64,000 nt of DNA from an uncultured bacterium (GCA_963727525.1 CAVSGO010000007.1:960001-1024000), one strand, 5' to 3'; positions 1-9,944 are shown, counted from the first letter of the stretch. Notes: generated from the sequence alone by a model not told the origin. Numbers and translations: made by a program.

Positions 1-458
1 TCCTCGTACTGCGCCGGGCTGGTGAGCACCGCCACGCGCCCGAAATTCTTGGCCGCCGCGCGGAGCATCGCGGGCCCGCCGATGTCGACCTGGTCGACCA
101 TCTTCGCCGGCTCGAGATTGCGCGCGAGCGCGTCGGCGAAGTCGTAGAGATTCACGACCACGATATCGAAGGGCTGCAACTCCAGCGCCGCGATCGCGGG
201 GTCGTCGTAGTCGGCCAGGGTCTTGCCGAGGATGCCGCCGTGGATCAGCGGGTGCAGAGTCTTCACGCGGCCGCCGAAGATCTCGGGGAAACCGGTCACC
301 TGGCTCACGTCGGTCACGTCGAAGCGATGGTCGCGCAGATAGGTGGCCGTGCCCCCGGAGGCGACCAGTTCGTAGTCGTACGAGGCGAGGACCGCGGCCA
401 CGTCCTCGAGACGTGTTTTGTCCGTGACGCTCAGCAGCGCGCGCCGCACGCGCTTCAC
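1..458 (-). CDS. purH: PurH (IMP cyclohydrolase/AICAR transformylase), N-terminal part; runs off window
   Basis: Manual translation from GTG at 458 (overlaps purC stop): MKRVRRALLSVTDK...ASGGTA...TGFPEIFGGRVKTLHPLIHGGIL...DIGGPAMLRAAAKNF. Confidence 0.95.
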   Translation of the reverse strand, partial: MKRVRRALLSVTDKTRLEDVAAVLASYDYELVASGGTATYLRDHRFDVTDVSQVTGFPEIFGGRVKTLHPLIHGGILGKTLADYDDPAIAALELQPFDIVVVNLYDFADALARNLEPAKMVDQVDIGGPAMLRAAAKNFGRVAVLTSPAQYE

Positions 459-1357
459 AGTGTGCTCGCCCATCGCTTAGCCTCCTCCGGGAACAGGATC
501 TCCAGAACCTCGTGATACCGGCCCGACGTGCGCGTGAGGATCCCCTCGGGCAGCTTCGGCGGGGGAGGCGCGTGGTTCCAGTCGAGCGTCTCCAGGTGAT
601 TGCGCAAGATCTGCTTGTCCCAGCTAGGCGGCTCCTCGCCCGGGCGATGCTCGGACGCGGGCCAGAAGCGGCTGGAGTCCGGTGTGAGCACCTCGTCGAT
701 GAGGGCGATCTTCCCGTCGATGAGCCCGAACTCGAACTTCGTGTCGGCCAGGATCACACCGCGTGGCTCGGCATACGCGGCGCCGTCGCGGTAGAGGCGC
801 AGCGAGAGGTCGCGCAGACGCTGCGCCGCCTCCTCGCCCACGATGCCAGCCATGGTCGCGAAGTCGATGTTCTCGTCGTGCCCCACGGCCGCCTTGGTCG
901 AGGGTGTGAAGAGCGGCTCGGGAAGCTTCTCGGCCAGGCGCAGTCCTGCCGGCAGGTGGTGGCCGCAGATCGTGCCATCGCGCTTGTACGACTTCCAGCC
1001 GGACCCCGCGATGTAGCCGCGGACCACGCACTCCGCATCGAAGCGCTGCGCCTTGTGCACGAGGACGCTGCGCCCCGCGAGGCTGTCGGCGTGGTCGCGG
1101 AACGGCGCCGGGAACGCGCTGGCATCGGCCGTGATGATATGATTCGGGACGTCGCGGAAGTGGGCGAACCAGGCCAGGCTCATCACGTTGAGGACCACGC
1201 CGCGGCCGGGCACGACGTCGTTCATCACGACATCGAAGGCGGAGATGCGGTCGGTCGTGACGATGAGGTAGCGGTCGCCGAGATCGAAGACGTCACGGAC
1301 CTTGCCGACATAGGTCGGCGCAAGCCCGAGTTCCTCGGTGCTGCGCAGGGCTGGCAT
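455..1357 (-). CDS. purC: SAICAR synthetase
   Basis: GKVRDVF, TDRISAFD, ECVVRGY, FTPSTKA, DTKFEFG, DEVLTPDSSRFW, DKQ motifs. Confidence 0.97.
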   Translation of the reverse strand: MPALRSTEELGLAPTYVGKVRDVFDLGDRYLIVTTDRISAFDVVMNDVVPGRGVVLNVMSLAWFAHFRDVPNHIITADASAFPAPFRDHADSLAGRSVLVHKAQRFDAECVVRGYIAGSGWKSYKRDGTICGHHLPAGLRLAEKLPEPLFTPSTKAAVGHDENIDFATMAGIVGEEAAQRLRDLSLRLYRDGAAYAEPRGVILADTKFEFGLIDGKIALIDEVLTPDSSRFWPASEHRPGEEPPSWDKQILRNHLETLDWNHAPPPPKLPEGILTRTSGRYHEVLEILFPEEAKRWASTL

Positions 1358-1367
1358 GGGTCTCCTC

Positions 1368-3941
1368 TTAGGGATGGCGGGGATGGGTCACCGGGCTCGC
1401 GCCCGCCGTGCGCGCATGGTAGAAGTCCCCTGCGATGGTGTCAAGCGACGCCCCTGTCCGCCCGGGTTCCTGCGGCCAGGCTCCCCGCCGGCCGGAAACC
1501 GTGCGCCAGCGCCCGCGCCCGTCGGCCGTCCAGCGCACGATCAGAGTCCCGTCGAGATCCGTGCGCACCGTGGCGAGCGTATCGGCGCCGACCACGTACG
1601 GCCCGTGGCTGGGGTGGCGGTGGCGGTTCGCGACCCCGCAGCTGAGGGCGATGAGACGGGGACGCACGGCGCGCACGAGCGCGGCGCTTCCGGACGTGCG
1701 GCTGCCGTGGTGACCGGCCTTCCAGTAGTCGATCCCGGCGGCCGGCACGCCTGCGAGGGCCGGGACGAGTCGCGCCTCGCCAGCCGTTTCGAGGTCGCCC
1801 GTCCACAGTCCCACGAGCATGCCCGCCCGTAGCAGTCCGATCGCCAGCGAACGGTCGTTCTCGGCGGCGTCGGGCGGCATGACCGCGGGAGGATGCAGAC
1901 AGACCACCGCCCAGGGTCCGGCTGCGTGCAGCGTGTCCCCCGCCACGGGCCGCGTCGACGACCCGGGCGCGCCCTCCGGCGGCTGCGCGTCGCCGCCGAG
2001 GATCCAGGTGCCGACGGGAAAGGCGTCCCCCACCCGTGCGGCACCGCCGGTGTGGTCCAGATGGCCATGGGTGAGCATGACCGCGTCGAGGTGCCGCAAC
2101 CCGCGGCGAACGAGCCACGGCACGACGTCGCGCCCCACGACGGGCCCCGCGAAGCCGGCGTCGCCCGTGTCGATGAGAACCGTCCAGTCGTCGGGCAGAC
2201 GCAGCAATCCGCAGTCCCCCTGCCCCACGGCGAACTGGGCCGCCACGACGCCACGGTGCGCCGCCAGCGGATCATGCGCAGCGACGGCGATAAGCGCCGC
2301 CACCACAACGGCTGCCGCGGCGAGCGCCCGCCGCTGCCCACCACGCTGGCCACGGTGCAGGACGAGCCCCAGCCCGCACGCCAGCGCCAGGGCGAGGACG
2401 AGCCGCGGCGGATCGAAGGCCGGCAGGCCGATCTCGGCGAAGCCCAGGACCTGCGCGCCGCGTGACGCCCCGGCGGCGAGCAACCGTAGCAACACCGCTC
2501 CGCAGGCGAGGGCGCCGTCCGCGGCCCACGGCCACACGAGGCGCACCACGGCGCCGCCGGCCACGCCCGCGACCGCGAGCGAGAAGACCGGTACGGCTAC
2601 GAGGTTCACCAACGGAGCGCAGAGATTCAGTCGGCCGAACGATGCGGCCACCTCCACCAGTGTCGCCGTCTGCGCGGCGAGCGTGACGACGAGCCCCCCG
2701 GCCACGGCCCGCCATACCGGGGCCAAGCTGCGAAGGTACGGTGCGAGCAGCCGATGCCCACCCACGATGCCGGCGGCCGCGAGGTACGAGAGCCGCAGAC
2801 CGGTGTCGAGTACAGCCAACGGCTCCCACATGGCGTTTGCCCAGAACAGCAGCCCGAGCGTGCGTAGGCTGTCGCCGCGTCGCCCCACCACCGGCGCTCC
2901 CAGCGCCACCACCGCCAGTCCTGTCGCGCGCGTCACCGACCCGGGCATGCTCACGAGGACGGCGTACACCGCAAGCAGGGGACCGAGCGACCACGCCCGC
3001 GACCGCGGGCCGCGCGCCAGCGGCCGGAGGGCGAGGGCGGCGAGGCCGGCGATCAGCCCGACGTGCAGACCGCTCAACGCGAAGAGATGGGCGAGCCCGA
3101 GCCGCACGAAAGGGGCGCGCAACGCGGGGTCGGATCCGGCCCCGAGAAGGATCGCGCCGGCGAGGGCCGCCTCGCGCGGCGGCAAACCTCGGGCGAATAC
3201 TCGCAGGATGCGATCCCGGCCCCGGCCCAGCCGAACCCCGACACGGCTCAGGACGTCGCCGCCGGCGACGGACCGCCAGCGCGTCTCGTCGGCGACGTGC
3301 CCGCGCCAGCGCAGGCCGCGCCCCGCGAGGTACCGCGCGTCGTCGAATCCTGCGTCCACGGCCGGCTGTCGCGGGGGCCGCAGCACGGCGTCCGCCACCA
3401 GCACGCCCCAGAGTGCGGGCGGCTCACCCTGCGCGCGCAGGATGAGTCCCTCGCCGCGGCGCGGTCCGTCGTCGCCGCGCCAGGCGATCACCGCAGCCGG
3501 GGCGGTCCAGCCCCCGCGGCCATCGCGGCGTGGCCATGCGGTGATGCGCAGGAGTACCCGGCCCTCCGCCTCGCACCACTGGCTCGGCGACCACGGTTCG
3601 GCTGCCCGCGCGGCCTGCCGGCCGTGACGCGTCCGCACCTCGGCCACGCCCCCGCTCCAGGCGGCGACACCGGACAGCAGCGGCGCCAGCAGGATTGGCC
3701 CCGCGGCCGCGGGCGCGGCCAGGACGACCGGCGCCGTCGCGGCGAACCGCCACCAGGACGTGGCCGGCATCCGCGGCCACCAGGCCGGTGCACTGCCGCA
3801 GGCGCCGCCGGCAGCGACGAGCAGGAGGTGCCATCCCGCCCAGAGCAAGGGCCACGGGCCGGGCAGGGCAAAGGTCAGGCGTCTGGTTCGTCGGGAGGAA
3901 ACACTGCGAGCGGTTCTCCGGCCTCGCTCCAGAAATGGCAT
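1368..3941 (-). CDS. comEC: DNA internalisation competence protein ComEC/Rec2 (start uncertain, probably downstream of 3941)
   Basis: GLAHLFALSGLHVG competence motif, many TM segments, C-terminal MBL domain (VGQGD, THGHLDH, GHHGS). Confidence 0.9.
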   Translation of the reverse strand: MPFLERGRRTARSVSSRRTRRLTFALPGPWPLLWAGWHLLLVAAGGACGSAPAWWPRMPATSWWRFAATAPVVLAAPAAAGPILLAPLLSGVAAWSGGVAEVRTRHGRQAARAAEPWSPSQWCEAEGRVLLRITAWPRRDGRGGWTAPAAVIAWRGDDGPRRGEGLILRAQGEPPALWGVLVADAVLRPPRQPAVDAGFDDARYLAGRGLRWRGHVADETRWRSVAGGDVLSRVGVRLGRGRDRILRVFARGLPPREAALAGAILLGAGSDPALRAPFVRLGLAHLFALSGLHVGLIAGLAALALRPLARGPRSRAWSLGPLLAVYAVLVSMPGSVTRATGLAVVALGAPVVGRRGDSLRTLGLLFWANAMWEPLAVLDTGLRLSYLAAAGIVGGHRLLAPYLRSLAPVWRAVAGGLVVTLAAQTATLVEVAASFGRLNLCAPLVNLVAVPVFSLAVAGVAGGAVVRLVWPWAADGALACGAVLLRLLAAGASRGAQVLGFAEIGLPAFDPPRLVLALALACGLGLVLHRGQRGGQRRALAAAAVVVAALIAVAAHDPLAAHRGVVAAQFAVGQGDCGLLRLPDDWTVLIDTGDAGFAGPVVGRDVVPWLVRRGLRHLDAVMLTHGHLDHTGGAARVGDAFPVGTWILGGDAQPPEGAPGSSTRPVAGDTLHAAGPWAVVCLHPPAVMPPDAAENDRSLAIGLLRAGMLVGLWTGDLETAGEARLVPALAGVPAAGIDYWKAGHHGSRTSGSAALVRAVRPRLIALSCGVANRHRHPSHGPYVVGADTLATVRTDLDGTLIVRWTADGRGRWRTVSGRRGAWPQEPGRTGASLDTIAGDFYHARTAGASPVTHPRHP
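1416..1444 (-). promoter_or_regulatory. sigma70-type promoter for purC-purH, inside the comEC 3' end
   Basis: TTGACA-N17-TACCAT, about 60 nt upstream of purC. Confidence 0.75.
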
Positions 3942-5275
3942 CGGTTACGCCCGCGCTCCTTCGAGAGGTAGAGCATCGCGTCGGCCTTGCGATACAGGTC
4001 GAAGGGGTCGGCGCCGGCCTCGGGATAGGTCACCACACCGTACGACATCGTCACGGCGATCTCGGACGCCTCCGCGCCGTCCGCCGCGATCGCGAAGGGA
4101 TGCGCGAGCAGGCGCACCATGACGTCGTGTGCCTCGTCGACACGGGTATGCGGGAGAATGAGGGCGAACTCCTCGCCCCCGATTCGGCAGATGTGGTCGA
4201 TCCGGCGGAGCGCGCCTTGCAGCCGGCGGGCCACTTCCTGGAGCATGCGGTCGCCGCAATGATGGCCATGGTTGTCGTTGACGAGCTTGAAGAAGTCGAG
4301 ATCGCCGAGAACCAGCGCCAGCGGGAAGTCGCCGCGGCGCGCGCGTTCCAGTTCGATGGCAAACTGGCTATCGAAGAATGCGCGGTTGTGCACACCGGTG
4401 AGGCTGTCGGTGTGAATCCGGCGGTTGACGGTCCACTGGTGGCGCCAACGCTGGGTGACGAAATCCGCGAGCCGGCGCGCCAGGCGCAGCAGCACGTGAT
4501 CCTCCCACGCTCCGTCCCCGACGACGAAGAGAAGCCCCTTCTCGCGTCGTCCCGCGCCATGCTCGGCGGCCATCTCCGGCAACTCGACGATGGGCACGGC
4601 GGCGGCCACCATGGCACTGGCGCGGTCGCCGAGCGCGCCCACAATGGCGCCCGGCAGCTCCGCCCCATCGGGAAGCCACATCGCCGAGCCCGGCGCCCGT
4701 TGCTGCAACCAGAAGGGCTGGCCAGGCGTCGTTCCGCGGCCCACCACCCGGATCGCCCCTTCACGAAGCGCATCGCCATGATCGAGCAGGAGGAAGAGTC
4801 GGAGATCCGGCAGGTATCGCTCCAGCAGTGCCAGGATTCCCTCCAGAACGACCTCGCTCACCCCCGAGCGCGGATCGCCGACCTCGAGATCCTGGGCAGC
4901 CTCCATCGCATCGAGGACACCGTGGAGATTGCCGAGATCCGCCGCGGGACCGGCTGCAGGCGGCGTCGCCGTGTGCGGAAGGGCGGGCAAGGGCGCTTTC
5001 CCCGGCGCGAGCGCCCTCAGGTCGACAAGGCGGCTCGTGCCCCGCACGAGGAAAAGCGGTCCTGCCAGCGTGTCGTCACCAGCAGCGACAGCCACCCGGA
5101 TCAGATCGCCCCGGCGCAGCAGCTCGCCGACGATCTGCTTGCCGATCTGGCGCATTCGCCGGGCATCACCCTCGTAGACGGCGCGACGCACCGCCATGCG
5201 CCACTGCGGCCCAACTCTCTCCAGCAGCAACGAACTCCCGAGGAGCCGTTTCAGGTCGCGCAGGTCATCCGCCAA
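3875..5275 (-). CDS. Diguanylate cyclase (GGDEF) with N-terminal sensory/GAF-like region
   Basis: DSLTGVHNR, DLDFFKLVND, RRID-x5-GGEEF (I-site and active site), ADAMLYLSKERGRN. Confidence 0.92.
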   Translation of the reverse strand: MADDLRDLKRLLGSSLLLERVGPQWRMAVRRAVYEGDARRMRQIGKQIVGELLRRGDLIRVAVAAGDDTLAGPLFLVRGTSRLVDLRALAPGKAPLPALPHTATPPAAGPAADLGNLHGVLDAMEAAQDLEVGDPRSGVSEVVLEGILALLERYLPDLRLFLLLDHGDALREGAIRVVGRGTTPGQPFWLQQRAPGSAMWLPDGAELPGAIVGALGDRASAMVAAAVPIVELPEMAAEHGAGRREKGLLFVVGDGAWEDHVLLRLARRLADFVTQRWRHQWTVNRRIHTDSLTGVHNRAFFDSQFAIELERARRGDFPLALVLGDLDFFKLVNDNHGHHCGDRMLQEVARRLQGALRRIDHICRIGGEEFALILPHTRVDEAHDVMVRLLAHPFAIAADGAEASEIAVTMSYGVVTYPEAGADPFDLYRKADAMLYLSKERGRNRCHFWSEAGEPLAVFPPDEPDA

Positions 5276-5323
5276 GATGTGCCATCCACGGTGTTGCGGG
5301 CGAACTTTGACAGATCTTTATTA

Positions 5324-5352
5324 ATTATGACATATCATCACTGAATTCTCAA
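5324..5352 (-). promoter_or_regulatory. sigma70-type promoter for the GGDEF gene
   Basis: TTGAGA-N17-CATAAT with extended TGn, in an AT-rich intergenic patch. Confidence 0.6.
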
Positions 5353-5377
5353 GCCCCGGCTTGCCTCTTACCCCACT

Positions 5378-5393
5378 TGGCGCAAATCTTGTA
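5378..5393 (+). promoter_or_regulatory. Possible sigma54 promoter for the mltD-like gene
   Basis: TGGCGC-N5-TTGTA (-12 GC is GT). Confidence 0.4.
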
Positions 5394-5442
5394 AAGGCAC
5401 TCACGACAGTTCGGCCAGCTAGCACGAAAGGACCGATCACGG

Positions 5443-7176
5443 ATGATCTCCCGGCCTGGAATATTGCGCGCGCAATCGCGCGCGTGGAACGATAACGCAT
5501 GGCTCCCCCCGGGAGCAATGATTCTCGTCTGTCTGTGGTTCGCCGCCTGCAGCGGCACGGCGCCCGTGCCGGAATCCGACCCCGAGCCATGGCAGCCCTC
5601 CGAACCCTACGCCCTCGCCTCGGACACGCTTTCCCTGGCCGAGACCATGCCCGATTCGCTACCGTGGCCGGACGCACCTCCGGGCGAGGTGCCGCTCGCG
5701 CAGATCGAGGACCTCTACGCCGAAGCCGTGTCCCTCGTGGCCAGCGGCGATCTCGATCGCGCGCAGGACCATCTCTTCAGCCTCCAGGACCTCGTCCTGG
5801 CCCCGTCTCCCGCTGACGCCGACAGCATGTACGTGCAGCACCGTCGCAGTCTCGAGCGACGGGTCTATCTCCTGGGCGCCATCGTCGCCGAGGAGCGAGC
5901 ATTTCCCGGGGTCGACGTGAACGCGGACTCCGTGCTGACCGCGAGCTACGCCACCCTCGAGGCCATGGCTCTACCCGATTCCCTCGTGCCGGCCACGGGC
6001 ACCGTCCTGCCGCCCTTGCAGGCCGACCTGCTGCGCTGGCACAACAGCCACGTGCAGCAGTGGATCGACTACTTCTCGGGACGCGGCCACCACAACTTCC
6101 AGATCTGGCTCGAGCGCAAGGCCACCTACGAACCGCTCATCACCAGCATCCTCGACGAGTACGACCTCCCGCGCGAACTCATCTACCTGGCGCTCATCGA
6201 AAGCGGCCTCAGTGCCCGGGCCCGGTCCTCCGTGGGCGCGGTCGGCCCGTGGCAGTTCATGCCGGGGACGGCGAAGCTCCAGGGGCTGCGGCAGGACTGG
6301 TGGGTCGACGAGCGTCGCGACTTCGAGAAGTCCACGCGCGCGGCGTGCCGCTATCTGACGCAACTCTACGACGAGTTCGGCGACTGGGCGCTCGTGCTGG
6401 CCGCGTACAACAGCGGCGAGGGACGCATCCGCCGTCAGATCGCCCTGACCGGGCACACCGACTACTGGGCGCATCATCTGCCCCGGCAGACGGTAGCCTA
6501 CGTGCCCAAGTTCATCGCCGCGGTGAAGATCGGGGAGGATCCCGAGGCGTACGGCTTCCACGCGCCGCAGGTGACGCCGCTCGTCTACGACACCGTGCCC
6601 GTGAGCGACGCCACCGATCTGCAACTGATCGCGTCGTGTGCGAACGTCGACCCGGCGGCGGTGGTGGCACTCAACCCGCAGCTCCTGCGCCGCGCGGTGC
6701 CGCCCGATGCCAAGGACTACGCGGTCCACGTCCCTACCGGCACCGGCGGGCGCACGCGCCGCGAGCTGGCCAAGGTTCCGGCATCGCAGCGTTTGACCTG
6801 GCGCCGCCATCGCGTCGGACGCGGCGAGACGCTCAGCCAGATCGCGTCCCACTATGGCACTTCCGTCGGCGGCATCCAGCGCGCCAACGAGATGGGGCGG
6901 CGCACGCTGATCCATCCCGGCGACCAGCTCCTCATTCCGATGCCGCAGGAGCTGAAGGATCGAGCCCGGGCCCGCGCCGTGGAAGCCGGGCACTACGTTC
7001 CGCCCGAAGGCTACGAGCGCGTGAGCTACAAGGTGCGCAGCGGTGACTCGCTCAGCACCATCGCCCGGCACCTCGGCGTGAGCATCAAGCACCTGCGCAA
7101 GGTGAACAACCTGAGGGGCGACCTCATCAAGCCGGGCCAGCACCTCTACGCCTACCGGAAAGGCGTCACCGGCTGA
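5443..7176 (+). CDS. mltD: MltD-like lytic transglycosylase lipoprotein with LysM domains (start may be 5518)
   Basis: Lipobox-like WFAAC; LALIES, AVGPWQFM, LAAYNSGEG; two clear LysM repeats. Confidence 0.9.
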   Translation: MISRPGILRAQSRAWNDNAWLPPGAMILVCLWFAACSGTAPVPESDPEPWQPSEPYALASDTLSLAETMPDSLPWPDAPPGEVPLAQIEDLYAEAVSLVASGDLDRAQDHLFSLQDLVLAPSPADADSMYVQHRRSLERRVYLLGAIVAEERAFPGVDVNADSVLTASYATLEAMALPDSLVPATGTVLPPLQADLLRWHNSHVQQWIDYFSGRGHHNFQIWLERKATYEPLITSILDEYDLPRELIYLALIESGLSARARSSVGAVGPWQFMPGTAKLQGLRQDWWVDERRDFEKSTRAACRYLTQLYDEFGDWALVLAAYNSGEGRIRRQIALTGHTDYWAHHLPRQTVAYVPKFIAAVKIGEDPEAYGFHAPQVTPLVYDTVPVSDATDLQLIASCANVDPAAVVALNPQLLRRAVPPDAKDYAVHVPTGTGGRTRRELAKVPASQRLTWRRHRVGRGETLSQIASHYGTSVGGIQRANEMGRRTLIHPGDQLLIPMPQELKDRARARAVEAGHYVPPEGYERVSYKVRSGDSLSTIARHLGVSIKHLRKVNNLRGDLIKPGQHLYAYRKGVTG

Positions 7177-7205
7177 GCACCGGCGACATGCCGCCATGCA
7201 CGGGA

Positions 7206-7230
7206 AGGGCCGCCCCAGCGGGGCGGCCCT
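7206..7230. terminator. Hairpin between convergent mltD and porV-like genes
   Basis: AGGGCCGCCCC-agc-GGGGCGGCCCT, 11-bp perfect stem. Confidence 0.7.
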
Positions 7231-7254
7231 CGCCTTCCTTGTCCGCGATCGCGC

Positions 7255-8310
7255 CTAGAAACGCACCGACAGACTGATGCGGTGCGTGTACTCGTCGATG
7301 TTGAGCACATCGCCCGCATACGCGTAGTCGACGGTGAGAGGGTCGATCCGGAAGCCCGCGCCTGCCGTCAGGTTCTCCGCAGAGAAGCCGCTGTTGAAGC
7401 CGCCTCGAATGAAGACCCGCCGCGCGAACCCGACCTCCATGCCCCAGTGCGTGTTCGCGCTGAACGACCCGCTCTTGTACTGGTCGCCCACGCGATTCTC
7501 GAAGCGGCACTCCGCGCTGCTGGCCACCACCACGTCCATGTTCATCCGGGGCAGGTTGAACGTGTAGGCCAGACCTGGCGTGATCGCCGGGTAGATGACC
7601 TCGTTCGTGCCGGTGCTCCAGCTCAGGTACGTGGTCGTGATGTCCTGCAGCTTGACGCCGAAGTCGAGGTTGCGCCACAGGCGCGGCCGTATCAGCCCCA
7701 CGTCGGTCCCGATGCCAAGACTGGAGTAGTCGCCCACGCTCTGGCGGATGAGCTTCAACGTACCGCCGACCAGCCAGCTACCCCGACGCTCCCCGTACGA
7801 GACCATCAGCGCGAACTCGGAGTCGCTCTTGAAGCGGAACTGATCTTGCAGATCGAAGAGGCCGAGCAACTCGTTGTCGTCGACGATACCGTCATGATTC
7901 GTGTCGAGGCGGTCGTGCAGATGTTCCGTGAACGGGATGTTGTCGATGCCCAGGCGGATCACCGATACCCCCACGCTGCTCTCCGTCCCTCCCAGGAGCG
8001 ACCAGTTCACGGGCGCCACGAACGACGCGAAGTCGCGATCGATGAGGTCGCCGAAACGCTCGGCGTGCATCAGGAGCAGCTCGCGGGTGCGGGTCCGCGA
8101 GAGTCCGGCGGGGTTCCAGAACGTGGTCGACGGATCGTTGGCGACCGCGGTGAACGCACTTCCCATCGCCAGGGCCCGCGCGCCGCCGCCGTCCTCCATG
8201 AAGGCGCCCGCGTACTTCGCAGCGTGCGCCGGCGTCGATACCAGCACCAACGCAAAGACGAGGAAGGACACAGGCACACCAAGGTGCCCACGCCAGGCTC
8301 GAATCTCCAT
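7255..8310 (-). CDS. PorV/PorQ-family outer-membrane beta-barrel
   Basis: Signal peptide; GGGARALAMGSAFTAVANDPSTTFWNPAGL; VDYAY...THRISLSVRF with terminal Phe; RBS before ATG 8310. Confidence 0.8.
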   Translation of the reverse strand: MEIRAWRGHLGVPVSFLVFALVLVSTPAHAAKYAGAFMEDGGGARALAMGSAFTAVANDPSTTFWNPAGLSRTRTRELLLMHAERFGDLIDRDFASFVAPVNWSLLGGTESSVGVSVIRLGIDNIPFTEHLHDRLDTNHDGIVDDNELLGLFDLQDQFRFKSDSEFALMVSYGERRGSWLVGGTLKLIRQSVGDYSSLGIGTDVGLIRPRLWRNLDFGVKLQDITTTYLSWSTGTNEVIYPAITPGLAYTFNLPRMNMDVVVASSAECRFENRVGDQYKSGSFSANTHWGMEVGFARRVFIRGGFNSGFSAENLTAGAGFRIDPLTVDYAYAGDVLNIDEYTHRISLSVRF

Positions 8311-8371
8311 GTTGCTAGCCTCTCTGACCAGGGGATGTTTGTAGGGTGACAATGCGGACGTTCTGAATATG

Positions 8372-8400
8372 AGTATAACCCACGGCCGGCTTTTCGCCAA
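8372..8400 (-). promoter_or_regulatory. sigma70-type promoter for the porV-like gene
   Basis: TTGGCG-N17-TATACT. Confidence 0.6.
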
Positions 8401-8432
8401 GACCCCGACGAGCGCCCCGACGAGCGCCCGGG

Positions 8433-9944
8433 CTAGAGCCCGTAGAGCCTGATTTTCCGGTAGAGAGTGCGCTCGCTGATCCCCAGCCGCCCGGCCGCCC
8501 GCCGCCGATTGCCCCCCGCCGCCCGCAGAGCGTTGGCGATGAGTGCCCGTTCGGCGACCTGCAGATCGCCCTCGGCCGGCGCGTCGCCGTTCTCCGCCGC
8601 CGGCGACGAGAACACCACGCCGTCGTGCGGGATCTGCCCCGGCGCCATCCTCCCGCTCCCGACGGCGCTCGCCAGATCGTCGAGCTGGTTGCGGATGGCC
8701 TTGATGTCCTGGTGCAACTCCAGCAACGTGCTGGCCAGAAGCCCCGGATCGAGACCGTTGGCGCCCTGGCGCGTGTCGAGCAACGCCGGCAGGTAGGGCG
8801 AGCGGTGGCTCTGGTCGGCCGCCAGCACATCGTCTGGCAGGTCTTCCAGCTCGATCAAACCGCGTTGCTTCATCACCGCCGCGGCCCGCACCACATTGCG
8901 CAGCTCCCGGATGTTTCCGGGCCAGCTATGCTGCCGCAAGGCCTGCTTCGTGTGCCGGCTGAAGCCACGTACCGCCAGGCCATGCTCGCGGTTCTCCAGC
9001 TTGAGGAAGTGGTCGGCCAGGATCGGGATGTCCTCCTTGCGCTCACGCAGCGGCGGCGTGGGGATGACGATGACCCGCAGCCGGTAGTAGAGGTCCTGCC
9101 GGAAGCGACCCGCCTCGACGTCGCGTACGAGATCGCGGTTGGTCGCAGCGACGAGGCGAATATCGCTGTGCAGGACCCCCTTGCCGCCGACTGGCGTGAA
9201 CTCCCCGGTCTCCAGCGCGCGCAGGAAGCGCGTCTGCATGCCCAGCGGCATCTCCCCTACCTCGTCGAGGAAGAGCGTCCCACCGTCGGCGCGCTTGAAC
9301 ACACCATTGTGATCGGCCACGGCACCGGTGAAGGCGCCGCGCATATGGCCAAAGAGTTCGCTCTCCAGGACACCCTCGCCAATGGCCCCGCAATTGAGGC
9401 TGATGAACGGGGCGGCCCGGCGGGGAGAATGACGGTGTATGGCCCGGGCCACGAGTTCCTTGCCGGTGCCGCTCTCTCCCTGGATGAGCACGTTGATGTC
9501 CACGGGCGCCGCCTGGGCGATGAGCGCGAGCATCTGCCCCACCGCGCGCGACCGACCGACGATGCCGCTGTCCGCTCGGACCTGGCGCAGTTGCAGCAGG
9601 CGCCGCACCACGCTCTGCAAATCGGCGCCGTCGACGTCCGTCGGCAGCACCCGCACCATGGCCTCGCTGGCTTGCACCGCGTCGTCGTCGAGCTCGGCCG
9701 GATCGCCGAGCAGGACGAGGTCCGTATCGCCCGGCAAGCCGAGGGCCTTGCCGACGGTGCCGCGCGCGCCCTGGAAGCCGGTGGTGTCGAAGAGGAAGAG
9801 CGCTGCCTGACCGGACGCGAGGCGCGAAAGTGCGGCCGGCGCATCCTCGAAGACGAAGATCTCGGTATCGGGCAAGCGCCAGTCGGCCGCGGTCTTGTAG
9901 AGCGCCGGACGCTTGCCGAGCAGGATGAGGGCGTGTCTGGACAT
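8433..9944 (-). CDS. sigma54-dependent enhancer-binding protein with degenerate receiver-like N-terminus
   Basis: GESGTGKE, ESELFGH, GAFTGA, LFLDEVGE, WPGNIREL, Fis HTH; N-terminus lacks the acidic pocket. Confidence 0.9.
   Translation of the reverse strand: MSRHALILLGKRPALYKTAADWRLPDTEIFVFEDAPAALSRLASGQAALFLFDTTGFQGARGTVGKALGLPGDTDLVLLGDPAELDDDAVQASEAMVRVLPTDVDGADLQSVVRRLLQLRQVRADSGIVGRSRAVGQMLALIAQAAPVDINVLIQGESGTGKELVARAIHRHSPRRAAPFISLNCGAIGEGVLESELFGHMRGAFTGAVADHNGVFKRADGGTLFLDEVGEMPLGMQTRFLRALETGEFTPVGGKGVLHSDIRLVAATNRDLVRDVEAGRFRQDLYYRLRVIVIPTPPLRERKEDIPILADHFLKLENREHGLAVRGFSRHTKQALRQHSWPGNIRELRNVVRAAAVMKQRGLIELEDLPDDVLAADQSHRSPYLPALLDTRQGANGLDPGLLASTLLELHQDIKAIRNQLDDLASAVGSGRMAPGQIPHDGVVFSSPAAENGDAPAEGDLQVAERALIANALRAAGGNRRRAAGRLGISERTLYRKIRLYGL

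Noticed and set aside
7255-8400. porV-like gene as part of the flagellar regulon
   Set aside because: It has its own sigma70-like promoter, and no sigma54/sigma28 box or enhancer was seen
8403-8429. 12-bp tandem repeat CCCCGACGAGCG x2
   Set aside because: Only two copies and no spacers; not CRISPR
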